From a virus (lineage: Duplodnaviria; Caudoviricetes), in IMG/VR virus record IMGVR_UViG_3300037067_024509, positions 1-64,000 of that record: a stretch of 64,000 nucleotides of DNA; one strand, written 5' to 3'. Of this stretch, positions 17,816 through 27,154 are shown in pieces. A program made the position numbers and the translations under genes. Below the pieces are notes generated by a model, which worked only from the letters and a program-made list of their open reading frames with translations, ran no database searches and was not told the DNA's origin. Position 1 is the first letter of the stretch; every line of letters starts with the position of its first letter.

Positions 17816-19039
17816 ATGTTTGATACCAATTTTATTTTTAAAAAAGGAAAATTAACAATATTGGGGGACGGAACTTTCGGATCGAGTGGCAAGGCCGCCA
17901 TTGCATCATTTATTTGTGAACATGCAGACTATGATTTTGCATGTAACTCGTTTTCTGCTCAGGCTGGTCATTGGTCAAGATTAGATAATGGAAAATCATA
18001 TTTTTATCAAACTTTTAATAGTTGTGCTTATCAAAATAAATATCAAAGACTTTTGATTGGTCCAGATGCAGCAATTGAATTATCGGCTCTTAAGAGAGAA
18101 ATAGAAGAAAACAATATTCCAATTAATAAAATTGGAATACATCCACTGGCCACTATTATTCAAGAAAAAGATATGGCTTATGAGCGTGGAGAAGTTGATT
18201 TTGAAGGTAATATGTTTAATAAATTAGAAGATGGTACGAAAAAACACGGCAGCACTTGTCATGGTACAGGCCCGGCAAGAGTTAGAAAAATGTTAAGGAG
18301 AAAGGATACTTTATATGCTAAAGATGTTCCAGATTTGAAAGACATGATATGTGATGTTTCAAATGAAATAATTTCAAGATTGGATGCTGGTCAAACAGGA
18401 TTACTTGAAATAGCTCAAGGATTTCCACTTAGTTTAAATTATAGATTTCATCCTGCATGTACTAATAGAAACGTCACAGTATCAGCGGCTCTAGATGGTA
18501 TGTTTATTCCACCGATTTATGCTGGTAATATAATTCTTAACTATAGAACATTTCCTATTAGAATAAGTAGTTATAAATATATTGGTGATAATGGTAAATT
18601 TTTGACATGGGCAGAAGTTGAAGAATATAAAATTGCAGGAAAAAAATATGAAATATATAAAGGAGATTCTGGTGGTTGGTATAATGACCAAACTGAGGTT
18701 GATTGGGATTATATAACTAAAATAAGTGAATCGAATACCAAAATAATGGAATTAACTAGTGTTACAAAATTGCCAAGACGTGTAGCCACTTTTTCAAAAG
18801 AATGTTTAGAAGATTCCATAAAATTTAACAGGACAGGTCACGATATTTATTTATCAATAAATTTTATGAATTATGTTGATAGTAAAATTAGCGGTATTCG
18901 TGGAAATGGATACAATAAACTTACTGATAAATCGAAAGAATGGTTAAAAGAAAATGTTGATGAAATAGCAAATAAATATAATGCTAAAGTTATGTTTATT
19001 GGAACTGGAGCAAAAACAGACGACAAAATAATATTATAA
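17816..19039 (+). CDS. purZ: PurZ-type adenylosuccinate synthetase homologue (N6-succino-2-amino-dAMP synthase candidate)
   Basis: P-loop FGSSGK (PurA GDEGK Asp replaced by Ser, as in PurZ GSTGK); AGH; GST..G; EIAQGFPLSL; CTNR; RTFPIR; SGGWYNDQ.E..W; ELTSVTKLPRRV.TFS; INFMNY (PurZ-type, not the PurA TKLD). RBS aggaga. Confidence 0.85.
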   Translation: MFDTNFIFKKGKLTILGDGTFGSSGKAAIASFICEHADYDFACNSFSAQAGHWSRLDNGKSYFYQTFNSCAYQNKYQRLLIGPDAAIELSALKREIEENNIPINKIGIHPLATIIQEKDMAYERGEVDFEGNMFNKLEDGTKKHGSTCHGTGPARVRKMLRRKDTLYAKDVPDLKDMICDVSNEIISRLDAGQTGLLEIAQGFPLSLNYRFHPACTNRNVTVSAALDGMFIPPIYAGNIILNYRTFPIRISSYKYIGDNGKFLTWAEVEEYKIAGKKYEIYKGDSGGWYNDQTEVDWDYITKISESNTKIMELTSVTKLPRRVATFSKECLEDSIKFNRTGHDIYLSINFMNYVDSKISGIRGNGYNKLTDKSKEWLKENVDEIANKYNAKVMFIGTGAKTDDKIIL

Positions 19040-19525
19040 TTTTGGCCATAATTTTTTATCGATTTTTAATTGTGATAATAATTTTGTAGACATTAATTTT
19101 ATAATACTTATATCGTTTATCGCTACTGGCGGATTATCATGGAATATTTTGTTCCATTCTATATTTTTATCGTTCCATAATGATATAATATTATTAATAT
19201 ATTTTTTATGATTATTTTTCATATGGCTTGGATCAATTATTATTCCAGCTAATGTTATTAATATTATAGTTTTTGGATTACCTTCTATATTATTCGTATT
19301 TATACCTGGTGTTTCAAAGAATTCTGATTGATATATTTCTTTTAATACTTTTGATATTGTTATATCTTCTTTTATTTCATCAACTTTACAATATAATTCT
19401 TTATTATCATCATCCCATGTTTTTGATATTATTATATAAATTTTATTATTGCTAATTATTGTATCGTTTACTATTAAATGGTCTGGTACATTGCATATAC
19501 TGATTTTTTCGTTATAAACTTGCAT
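19034..19525 (-). CDS. Hypothetical protein
   Basis: 163-aa ORF filling the gap between purZ and dnaE on the opposite strand. Confidence 0.55.
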   Translation of the reverse strand: MQVYNEKISICNVPDHLIVNDTIISNNKIYIIISKTWDDDNKELYCKVDEIKEDITISKVLKEIYQSEFFETPGINTNNIEGNPKTIILITLAGIIIDPSHMKNNHKKYINNIISLWNDKNIEWNKIFHDNPPVAINDISIIKLMSTKLLSQLKIDKKLWPKL

Positions 19526-19558
19526 AATGTTATTTATAAATGAAAGTATATTATAAAT

Positions 19559-22500
19559 ATGGCTATAGAATGGGATGATATTGTAAAGTATGCGAAGCGT
19601 GAGGCTGATAAGCTTGGACCTGAATATACTAAACGATTAGAATTTGAAATAAATGAGATTGAAAAGCAAGCCGCTAGTGAATATTATATCCAACTTTTGA
19701 ATGATAAAAAGAAATACGACACTAATAAAAATGGATTAGTACTGCCATTTATATTAAAAATAACAAATATAGACCCTATAAAAAATAATGTCGGTCATAT
19801 TATCACATATGAAGCAGATTATCCCGATATTGACTCAGATTTCCTCCCTCATGCTCGTGATTCAGTAAAGAAATTTATATCTGATAAGTTTGGTGCTGAT
19901 AAAGTTTGTACAGTTGGTAATTGGAATACCCTTGGCGTCAGGCAAGCTGTGCTCGATTCAGCACGAATTCTTGGTGCTGACCTTGATAAAGCTAATGCTG
20001 TTACAAAGAATTTATCTAAAGATTTTGAAGAACTTATTGATCTTGATGACATGCTTTCTGCTAGTGATGAATTTAGATCTTATTATGAATCTAATAGAGA
20101 AGTAGTTGAATTAGCTCTTCGTCTTGTTGGTAAGATTAAGAGCCAGGGTCAACATGCTGGTGGTGTTATTATTAGCAGCGTTCATTTAGCTGACACTATT
20201 CCGATGAGTATTATTAAAGGTAAGCAGGTTAGTCAATGGACTGAAGGTATGGCGTCAGTTCAGCTTAGTAAATTTGGATTAGTTAAATTCGATATTCTTG
20301 GTCTAAATACTTTAGCCTATAATACTTATACAGAAGAATTGGTTAAGAAGAATAGAGGAGTTATTATTGATTGGAGTGAAAGTGATCCTACTTGTGAAGA
20401 ACCTTACTTTGGGTATGAAACTTATCCTGATGGTACTAAAATTAAAATTTTAATGAATGATCCATTAGCTATCAAATTAGCTGACAATGTTAAAACTGAT
20501 GCTGTGTTCCAATTTGACACTCCAGTTGCTAAAGGTGTATTATCTAATGGAGTTAAAACATTTTTTGATCTTGTGACATATACGGCAATGGCCCGGCCAG
20601 GTCCAATTTCGATGATACCAGAGCTTGTTGCTCGTAGAGATGACCCTAAGCAAAGCTGGAAGAAAAAAGAAGATCCAAGAATTGTTGAAATGTTAGAGAA
20701 AACTTTTGGCATAGTTTGTGTACATGAAGATACAATGATATCTATGTCTAATGGGTTGGAAACTAGGATTAAAGATATTAATGTTGGTGACAAAGTTTTT
20801 TCTGTTTCTGAAAATGATAGAAAAATTAATTCAAATAAAGTTATTAACAAGATAAAAACAAAATTTGGTTATGGTTTAAGATTGACTTTAAATAATGGTA
20901 TTGATGCCATCTTTACTCCTGACCATAAAGTTTTAACTCATGATGGATATAAAGAAGTTCAACTACTTAATGAAAATGATGTAATTGCAATAGCTTATAA
21001 TTTTAAATGGAAAGGCAAATCTAGAAATATTGCTGAATGGCTTGGTAATAATAATGATGTTTCTTATTTTATTGGATTGTTAGTTGGTGATGGATGTTTA
21101 ACATCTTCTAATTATTGTATTGCAGTAGGATCTAAAAAAGATGCTTTGATAGTTAAAAAATTTATTGATAAAAATCTTAAATTAAATACTAATTTATTTT
21201 TTCACACTAGGTGTTGGTATATTTCATTTAATTCAAATTATAAAGATGAGTTTAAAGTTGATGAAAATGATTTTTTGAATCATAAAGACAATTATAATTG
21301 GTGGAATTTTGTATTGAACAAATATACGATTGATGAAATTCACAATAATTTAAAAAAATATGGTTTTAAAAGAAGTATATGGATGATTTTTCATAGAATG
21401 AATAAATTTAATATTAAGAAAAAATTAATAAATAGATCTAAAACTAAGTTGCATAGTTGGATTGAAGAGATTGGTTTAAACTGTAATTTTTATAATAAGA
21501 GAGTGCCTGAGTGTATAATGACTGGAAATGAATCTATAAGAGCATATTTTTTGGCTGGTTTGATTGATTCAGATGGATGTATATCTAAATCAAAAAGAAA
21601 TATTACATGTGTAAATATTAGTTCAATTAATAAATTATTATTAAATGATATTAGAAAAATATTAAATGGTTTTGGAATGCATTATAAATTATATAAACAC
21701 AGAATATATATATGGAGCACAGAGAAATTAAAAAAATTAATTAATGATAAGTTGGTCATAAAAACAATGGGAAATGGTAAATTATTGAATGGTAAATATT
21801 TATGTGAATATCCAATATCTGCAATGAATAGTATTGGATATCAAAAATTGATGAGCTTTGGTATACCAAAAGCAACAATAATTGGAAACAGAAATTCGGA
21901 TAGGAAATTTATAATTAATAAAACTATAAATAAACTCGGTATAAATTTAGGTGATCTGCAATTTTATTCTGTTAGATCTATTGATAAAGTCGAAAATTGC
22001 CAATTTTATGATATAACTGTTGAAAATGATCATTCTATGATATGTAATGGCATGGTTGCGCATAATTGTTACCAAGAGCAGTTAACGGCTGTTTGGATGA
22101 AATTCGGAGGATTAACAGCACCAGAAGCAGAAAAGGCTAGAAAGGCAGTTGCTAAGAAGAAGCGTGATGAAGTTTTGAAGTTGGGTCCAAAGATTATTTC
22201 TGGTATGATTAAAAATGGCTTTAAGGATGACCCATCTAAACCTGATGAAGAAGGTAAGTTTCCTCAATCTGATCCGTATTCTGCTCAGGGATATTGGTCA
22301 AGAATGGTTGATTTCGGAAGATATTGCTTTAATCTTAGTCATGCGATGGCCTACGGAATTGTTGCTTATCGTGCTTTGTGGTTGAAGGCTCATTATCCTC
22401 CGGAGTTTTGGGCGTCTATTTTGACTTATTGTAAGCTTGAGTCTAAACCTAAATATGTTAGTGTTGCTAAGGCTGAGGGTGTTAATTTTAGGCCATTGAG

Positions 22501-23374
22501 AGTTGGTATGTTTTCTGATAGATTTACTGTTGATAAGGACTTGAATGTTTATCCTAGTTTGTCTATGGTTAAGGGTATAGGTGATAGTGCTGCTAAGAAT
22601 TATAGTGTTGATGGTGGTTCTTGTACAAGTTTTGATGATTTTTTGGTGAAGTATGGTAAGAGTAAGGCTGTTATGGAGAGGTTGATTAAGCTTGGTGCTT
22701 TTGATGATATAGAGTCTAATAGGAATGGACTATGGAATTGGTATTTGTATAAGTATTGTTCAAAATCTGAAGATGTTGATGCTGTTAGAAAGAATATTAA
22801 TGATAAGATTATTGGTGTTGAATGGCCTGCTGATAAAATTAAAATTGAGCGTGAACGTCAGTTAGATGAATTTAAAAAATTATTTCCAAAAAAGAAGCCA
22901 CTTAAAAGGATTACTGAATGGGAGCCTAAAATTGGTTATAAATATGATTATCCTACTATAAAAGAGGTTATTAATTTATTTGATGATTATACTTTAAAAG
23001 AGAAGTTAATGTTTGAGAAGGAATATCTTGGTGTTTATTGGACTGATCCTATGCAGTTGTTTGAATATGATAGGGAATATTGTTTTGAGAATGCCAAGGT
23101 TGAAGAGGATTATTATGTTGATGGTATTGTTGAAGGATTTAATGATGCTAGAACTAAGAATGGTAAGAGGTTTAGGAATTATAATGTTAGTGATGGTGTA
23201 GAGACTAATGCTATTAAAATTTGGGAAGATTCTATTAAATATCAGGATGAAGAGGTTTATAAACCTGGATGTGGTGTAAGGGTTCCAGTTAAATGGTCTG
23301 AAAAATATCATTCATTTAGTCTACAACGTAATTGCAGTATAGTATCATTAAGGAATAAACGTGTTACATCCTAG
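19559..23374 (+). CDS. dnaE: DNA polymerase III alpha (family C, DnaE-like), lacking the N-terminal PHP domain, intein-containing
   Basis: YPDIDSDF, GQHAGGV, GLVKFDILGL, VFQF, RPGP, (intein) CYQEQL, CFNLSHA, KGIG HhH, C-terminal OB fold. Begins at the Y..RL..E..I segment that follows PHP in full-length DnaE. Confidence 0.93.
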   Translation: MAIEWDDIVKYAKREADKLGPEYTKRLEFEINEIEKQAASEYYIQLLNDKKKYDTNKNGLVLPFILKITNIDPIKNNVGHIITYEADYPDIDSDFLPHARDSVKKFISDKFGADKVCTVGNWNTLGVRQAVLDSARILGADLDKANAVTKNLSKDFEELIDLDDMLSASDEFRSYYESNREVVELALRLVGKIKSQGQHAGGVIISSVHLADTIPMSIIKGKQVSQWTEGMASVQLSKFGLVKFDILGLNTLAYNTYTEELVKKNRGVIIDWSESDPTCEEPYFGYETYPDGTKIKILMNDPLAIKLADNVKTDAVFQFDTPVAKGVLSNGVKTFFDLVTYTAMARPGPISMIPELVARRDDPKQSWKKKEDPRIVEMLEKTFGIVCVHEDTMISMSNGLETRIKDINVGDKVFSVSENDRKINSNKVINKIKTKFGYGLRLTLNNGIDAIFTPDHKVLTHDGYKEVQLLNENDVIAIAYNFKWKGKSRNIAEWLGNNNDVSYFIGLLVGDGCLTSSNYCIAVGSKKDALIVKKFIDKNLKLNTNLFFHTRCWYISFNSNYKDEFKVDENDFLNHKDNYNWWNFVLNKYTIDEIHNNLKKYGFKRSIWMIFHRMNKFNIKKKLINRSKTKLHSWIEEIGLNCNFYNKRVPECIMTGNESIRAYFLAGLIDSDGCISKSKRNITCVNISSINKLLLNDIRKILNGFGMHYKLYKHRIYIWSTEKLKKLINDKLVIKTMGNGKLLNGKYLCEYPISAMNSIGYQKLMSFGIPKATIIGNRNSDRKFIINKTINKLGINLGDLQFYSVRSIDKVENCQFYDITVENDHSMICNGMVAHNCYQEQLTAVWMKFGGLTAPEAEKARKAVAKKKRDEVLKLGPKIISGMIKNGFKDDPSKPDEEGKFPQSDPYSAQGYWSRMVDFGRYCFNLSHAMAYGIVAYRALWLKAHYPPEFWASILTYCKLESKPKYVSVAKAEGVNFRPLRVGMFSDRFTVDKDLNVYPSLSMVKGIGDSAAKNYSVDGGSCTSFDDFLVKYGKSKAVMERLIKLGAFDDIESNRNGLWNWYLYKYCSKSEDVDAVRKNINDKIIGVEWPADKIKIERERQLDEFKKLFPKKKPLKRITEWEPKIGYKYDYPTIKEVINLFDDYTLKEKLMFEKEYLGVYWTDPMQLFEYDREYCFENAKVEEDYYVDGIVEGFNDARTKNGKRFRNYNVSDGVETNAIKIWEDSIKYQDEEVYKPGCGVRVPVKWSEKYHSFSLQRNCSIVSLRNKRVTS
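20717..22066 (+). mobile_element. 450-aa intein with LAGLIDADG homing endonuclease in DnaE
   Basis: N-junction FGIV|CVHEDTMI; block B TPDHKV; LAGLIDADG motifs IGLLVGDG and LAGLIDSDG; C-junction FYDITVENDHS...VAHN|CYQEQL. Splicing restores FGIVCYQEQ. Confidence 0.95.
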
Positions 23375-23762
23375 TAAGCGTGGTATCATATGTGATTTGT
23401 CTGGAGTTGATCATCTTATTAAGGATGATAAATTAGAATATTATGTTATTTCTATTAAGAATGGTAATGATAATTTACTTGATCTGGATATTACTTCTGA
23501 TGAGATGAACAAGATTTTTAATAAGATTAATAAACCTGTATGTAAATTTTGTGGGTCTTCTGATAATGTTGTTGCAACCGTATTATCTAAGCATATTATT
23601 GCTCATTCTGATCATAATGATGTTGATGATGGTATATCGTTTAAAATTTGTATGAATTGTTTTGCTGAATTACGCCAGCAAGTACTTAATGTAGTAACAA
23701 AAGCTAATGATAGGATAAGGAATATTAAGAATGAAAAACCTGTACGAACTAATAACGGTTAG
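23361..23762 (+). CDS. Hypothetical Zn-binding protein
   Basis: CKFC...CMNC; coupled to the dnaE stop. Confidence 0.55.
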   Translation: MLHPSKRGIICDLSGVDHLIKDDKLEYYVISIKNGNDNLLDLDITSDEMNKIFNKINKPVCKFCGSSDNVVATVLSKHIIAHSDHNDVDDGISFKICMNCFAELRQQVLNVVTKANDRIRNIKNEKPVRTNNG

Positions 23763-24084
23763 AATAGCTGGTGTTGAAACTTTTGCTAGACCTGTTGAAT
23801 TTGAATATGATGATAAATCACAGCCTGTTTTAGTTAAGAAAATTGTTACTACATGTCCTAAGTGTGGTTCATTAAATGAATATGAATCTAATCTTGATGA
23901 TAATTCTGTTATTTTGTCTTTGAAATGTTCTAATTGTGAAAAGGAGGTTATTGATTCTAATATTATTAAAGTTGATAAAAAAATTGGTTTAGATAAACCA
24001 TCAATTGTTAGTCTTGGTGAACCTGATTTTATAGATCCTATCAAAGCTGGATTATTTGAATTTGATGAAATATTAGCAAATTAA
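23731..24084 (+). CDS. Zn-ribbon protein
   Basis: CPKCG...CSNC. Confidence 0.6.
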   Translation: MKNLYELITVRIAGVETFARPVEFEYDDKSQPVLVKKIVTTCPKCGSLNEYESNLDDNSVILSLKCSNCEKEVIDSNIIKVDKKIGLDKPSIVSLGEPDFIDPIKAGLFEFDEILAN

Positions 24085-24088
24085 AAAT

Positions 24089-25042
24089 ATGTGGAGTAAG
24101 TCTAAGAAATATATTATTGGTAGTGGTATAATTGCATTGGCATGTAGAAAGATATTAGGGAATGATTGGAATATTATTCCTTTTGGACCAAGCAGATTTT
24201 ATACTGATAAAGTGTCATGGGGGGATAATTATATATTGTATGATAATACTGTTGCTGATCTTATAGCTGGTTGGTCACTTGATAAAACTCCTATATTATA
24301 CAAAAGACCATTTTCTTATGGTGGCAGGTTGATTTATAATATATCATTTGTTGATGAATATATTAGTAGATTAGGAATTGATTCAGATAAAATATTGAGA
24401 CCTTATTTTAAGACTGATTTTACTGTTTTTAATTTTAGTTCTACTGCATTATGGAAATATTTAGTAACTCAAAATATTGATAATATTAAATCATTTTATT
24501 CACAGTATAAAGATGTTAAAGGAATTGATTCTATAAAGGATAATAGAATAATTTTTAAATCTGAAAATAGTGTTATTGATCTTGAATATGATCAATTAAT
24601 ATCTACTATTCCATATAATTCATTTGCTGATATGACTAATTTGAGTAATGGTGAAGGTATTCAGTGTTATTACTATATAATAAAAGATGATAAGATTGAT
24701 ATAGAAAAAGCTAATCAAGTTTTAATATGTGATAGTGTGATTCCGTTTAATAAGTGCACTAAATTAAAAAATAATATTTATATGGTTGAAGTTTATAATG
24801 ATTATTATGATAAGCCGTATGATGTTTTTTCTCCTGTTTTTGGTAATTCTTTTGAAATTTTAGAAACGCATACTATAAGTGATGCTATAATGAAACCGTT
24901 TGATATTAATATGGAATTTGTAAATAATAATAATATAGTATTGATAGGAAGTAATGCGCAATGCGATCCACTAATGGATATCAGCAGTTGTATAAAAAGA
25001 ATAGGAAATTTGTTGAACAAGAATCAGATTATGACTTCTTAA
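24089..25042 (+). CDS. FAD/NAD-binding oxidoreductase-fold protein (UDP-galactopyranose mutase/protoporphyrinogen oxidase-like), divergent
   Basis: N-terminal YIIGSGIIALA Rossmann-like motif; YDQLISTIP; C-terminal IVLIGSNAQ...MD. Confidence 0.55.
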   Translation: MWSKSKKYIIGSGIIALACRKILGNDWNIIPFGPSRFYTDKVSWGDNYILYDNTVADLIAGWSLDKTPILYKRPFSYGGRLIYNISFVDEYISRLGIDSDKILRPYFKTDFTVFNFSSTALWKYLVTQNIDNIKSFYSQYKDVKGIDSIKDNRIIFKSENSVIDLEYDQLISTIPYNSFADMTNLSNGEGIQCYYYIIKDDKIDIEKANQVLICDSVIPFNKCTKLKNNIYMVEVYNDYYDKPYDVFSPVFGNSFEILETHTISDAIMKPFDINMEFVNNNNIVLIGSNAQCDPLMDISSCIKRIGNLLNKNQIMTS

Positions 25043-25068
25043 CAACTAGTGATAAACCATTTCCAAAA

Positions 25069-25632
25069 ATGCTTCCGATCACTAAGTATGATGCTGGTTT
25101 ATTAGAAACTAAAGAACAGAAATTTGAAAGATATTTAAGGCAGTTATCTAGGTGTATATATGCATGTTCATTATGTGAATTAGGTGATATAGAAGTTTTT
25201 GGCAATAATACTTATTATGATCCACATTGTTCTAATCCAATTAAATTTAATAAAATAATGTTTTTAAAATATACTCCAAATAATAGAGATATAGAGTTTG
25301 GAATTTTTAATGAATTTAAGGAAAAATGTGAAAAATATGGATTGAAGTTTGATAATATTTATAAAACATCTATAATTAAGTGCTGTGGTGAATCTAAATT
25401 TAAATGTCCATATTTTGATATAGAGTTAAAATCAAGTAGATCTTTATTTAAATTAATTATAATTTTTGATAAAAAATCAGCTAGTTATTTAGGATTAAAT
25501 TTTAAAGATGGCGAATTAGATATTTTTGATAATTCAAGAGTTTATTATTGTAATAATAATTTAGATAATATTTTAAAATTGATTAAGTTATCAAATACTA
25601 ATCAACAAATTTATAATAGTCTTTTTGTTTGA
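25069..25632 (+). CDS. Uracil-DNA glycosylase family-4-like fold, catalytically degenerate (start uncertain)
   Basis: IYACSLCELG, IMFL, NIYKTSIIKCC, CPYFDIEL, KLIIIF..K.A..L follow family-4 UDG order, but the GEAPG and TN..KC catalytic motifs are replaced. Confidence 0.55.
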   Translation: MLPITKYDAGLLETKEQKFERYLRQLSRCIYACSLCELGDIEVFGNNTYYDPHCSNPIKFNKIMFLKYTPNNRDIEFGIFNEFKEKCEKYGLKFDNIYKTSIIKCCGESKFKCPYFDIELKSSRSLFKLIIIFDKKSASYLGLNFKDGELDIFDNSRVYYCNNNLDNILKLIKLSNTNQQIYNSLFV

Positions 25633-25957
25633 TTAATTCTTTATTATGATATTTTGATGAATAATTTCTTAACAATCCTATTGTACTTATTATTTTGTTG
25701 TTTGGTAATAATTTAGTCATTTCATCTTTAGTTATTTTACCATTTATTAATATTATTTGTACCATTTCTTCTAATTTCTTTTCTGAATCAATTTTTTCTA
25801 TTGCTTTTTTATTTTCTGGTCTATCAGCTATTTTACTAACTAAATCATTTAATTCATTTATTGTTTCTTTTGATATTTCTGAATTTAACATATTTTTAAT
25901 TTCTTCACTTATATTTATACCTATATCAACTTTATTTATTGTTATTTTGTCTGTCAT
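25598..25957 (-). CDS. Hypothetical protein
   Basis: 119-aa ORF; possible C-terminal winged helix. Confidence 0.55.
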   Translation of the reverse strand: MTDKITINKVDIGINISEEIKNMLNSEISKETINELNDLVSKIADRPENKKAIEKIDSEKKLEEMVQIILINGKITKDEMTKLLPNNKIISTIGLLRNYSSKYHNKELIKQKDYYKFVD

Positions 25958-25980
25958 GGTATTTAAATACAGGAGATCAT

Positions 25981-26709
25981 ATGAAAGAAATGTGTTTTTT
26001 AACTGATGTTGAATGTGATGTTGTTGATTTTTTGCATGATGGTCTTGTTTATAAGATTTCTGAAAGTATAGCTGATGAGAGTCCTGTTAAGGTTATTAAG
26101 AACATGATAGTTGATAAGATTGAGTCCAATAAGAGTAAAAAGACTGGGTTGTTGACTAGAATTGAAGATATGGCTAAATCTATGGGTGTTAGTAAGGATG
26201 AATTGATTAAGATGCTTGGTGGTGGTATTAATAATTCTAATAATTCTCAACCTCAACAAGTTAAGCAACAAATTAATATTAAAAAGAATGATGAAGATGA
26301 TGGATTTAAAGAAGTTGATGGTAGTTTGAAATCATCTGCTGCAAAAGTTTCTGTTGACAGAGACTCTGGTGATTATATCGCTCCATCTCTTCCTGCTTAT
26401 AATAGTGTTAAAGATAAGGATGGTAAACAAGTTGTTGAGTCTGATAAGAAGGTAAAGACTGTTGATAATATTATTATTTCTAAAAGTAGTATGGGTACTA
26501 CTACTATAGCTATTTCTCCTACTAATTCTGAAAATGTTAATAAGTTAATATCTGAAGTGGATAGGCGTACTAATGAATTAATTAGAGGTAATGCTACTGG
26601 TGATAGGAATCAGGCTAAGGAGTGTCCACTTTGTAAGGGTACTGGTATTACTCAAATTAATAAAAAGGTTTGTACTAAATGTAATGGTTCAGGATTTATA
26701 TTTTTATAA
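25981..26709 (+). CDS. Hypothetical protein with C-terminal DnaJ-type Zn finger
   Basis: Start re-called after RBS aggag; CPLCKGTG...CTKCNGSG. Confidence 0.7.
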   Translation: MKEMCFLTDVECDVVDFLHDGLVYKISESIADESPVKVIKNMIVDKIESNKSKKTGLLTRIEDMAKSMGVSKDELIKMLGGGINNSNNSQPQQVKQQINIKKNDEDDGFKEVDGSLKSSAAKVSVDRDSGDYIAPSLPAYNSVKDKDGKQVVESDKKVKTVDNIIISKSSMGTTTIAISPTNSENVNKLISEVDRRTNELIRGNATGDRNQAKECPLCKGTGITQINKKVCTKCNGSGFIFL

Positions 26710-26710
26710 A

Positions 26711-27154
26711 TTAAGTCATATCTGTTGTAGTTTTTTCAAAATTTACAAATATGTCTGTTAAATCTCCATAATCTTTTTGATAAACTATTGATAAGTTGTT
26801 ATTATAAAATTTCCCATTTTGTATTGATTTAACATAATTTAATGTTTTGTTAGTGTTTTGTAATGTATCAATTGATAATAAATTATTAATATAAATATAA
26901 ATTCCATAATTTGGTTTTGTAATTTTTTCTGTTTTTATTAAACTGTCTTTGATTAATTTATATAAAGTATAATTATCGACATTATTTGTTAAAATATGTC
27001 CAATTGGTTCAAATTGTATTAATTCATATTTTTCTTTACATAATAATTCATAATGGTTAGAATTATAGTTAATTAAGCTGTCTATTTTTATTAATAAAAA
27101 TAATTTATTTAATCCTATATTAGGTTGATAAATTTCCTGGTTTTGATTTATCAC
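26711..27154 (-). CDS. Hypothetical protein
   Basis: 147-aa ORF, GTG start, last of a three-gene minus-strand run. Confidence 0.5.
   Translation of the reverse strand: MINQNQEIYQPNIGLNKLFLLIKIDSLINYNSNHYELLCKEKYELIQFEPIGHILTNNVDNYTLYKLIKDSLIKTEKITKPNYGIYIYINNLLSIDTLQNTNKTLNYVKSIQNGKFYNNNLSIVYQKDYGDLTDIFVNFEKTTTDMT

Noticed and set aside
17816-19039. Ordinary host-like PurA auxiliary metabolic gene
   Set aside because: The catalytic Asp (GDEGK) and GTP-specificity (TKLD) motifs are replaced by PurZ-type residues. Not fully excluded without an assay.
19552-19559. TATAAATA upstream of dnaE as a gp55 late promoter
   Set aside because: It overlaps the ATG itself, leaving no room for a start site and leader, and the octamer is expected by chance in such AT-rich DNA.
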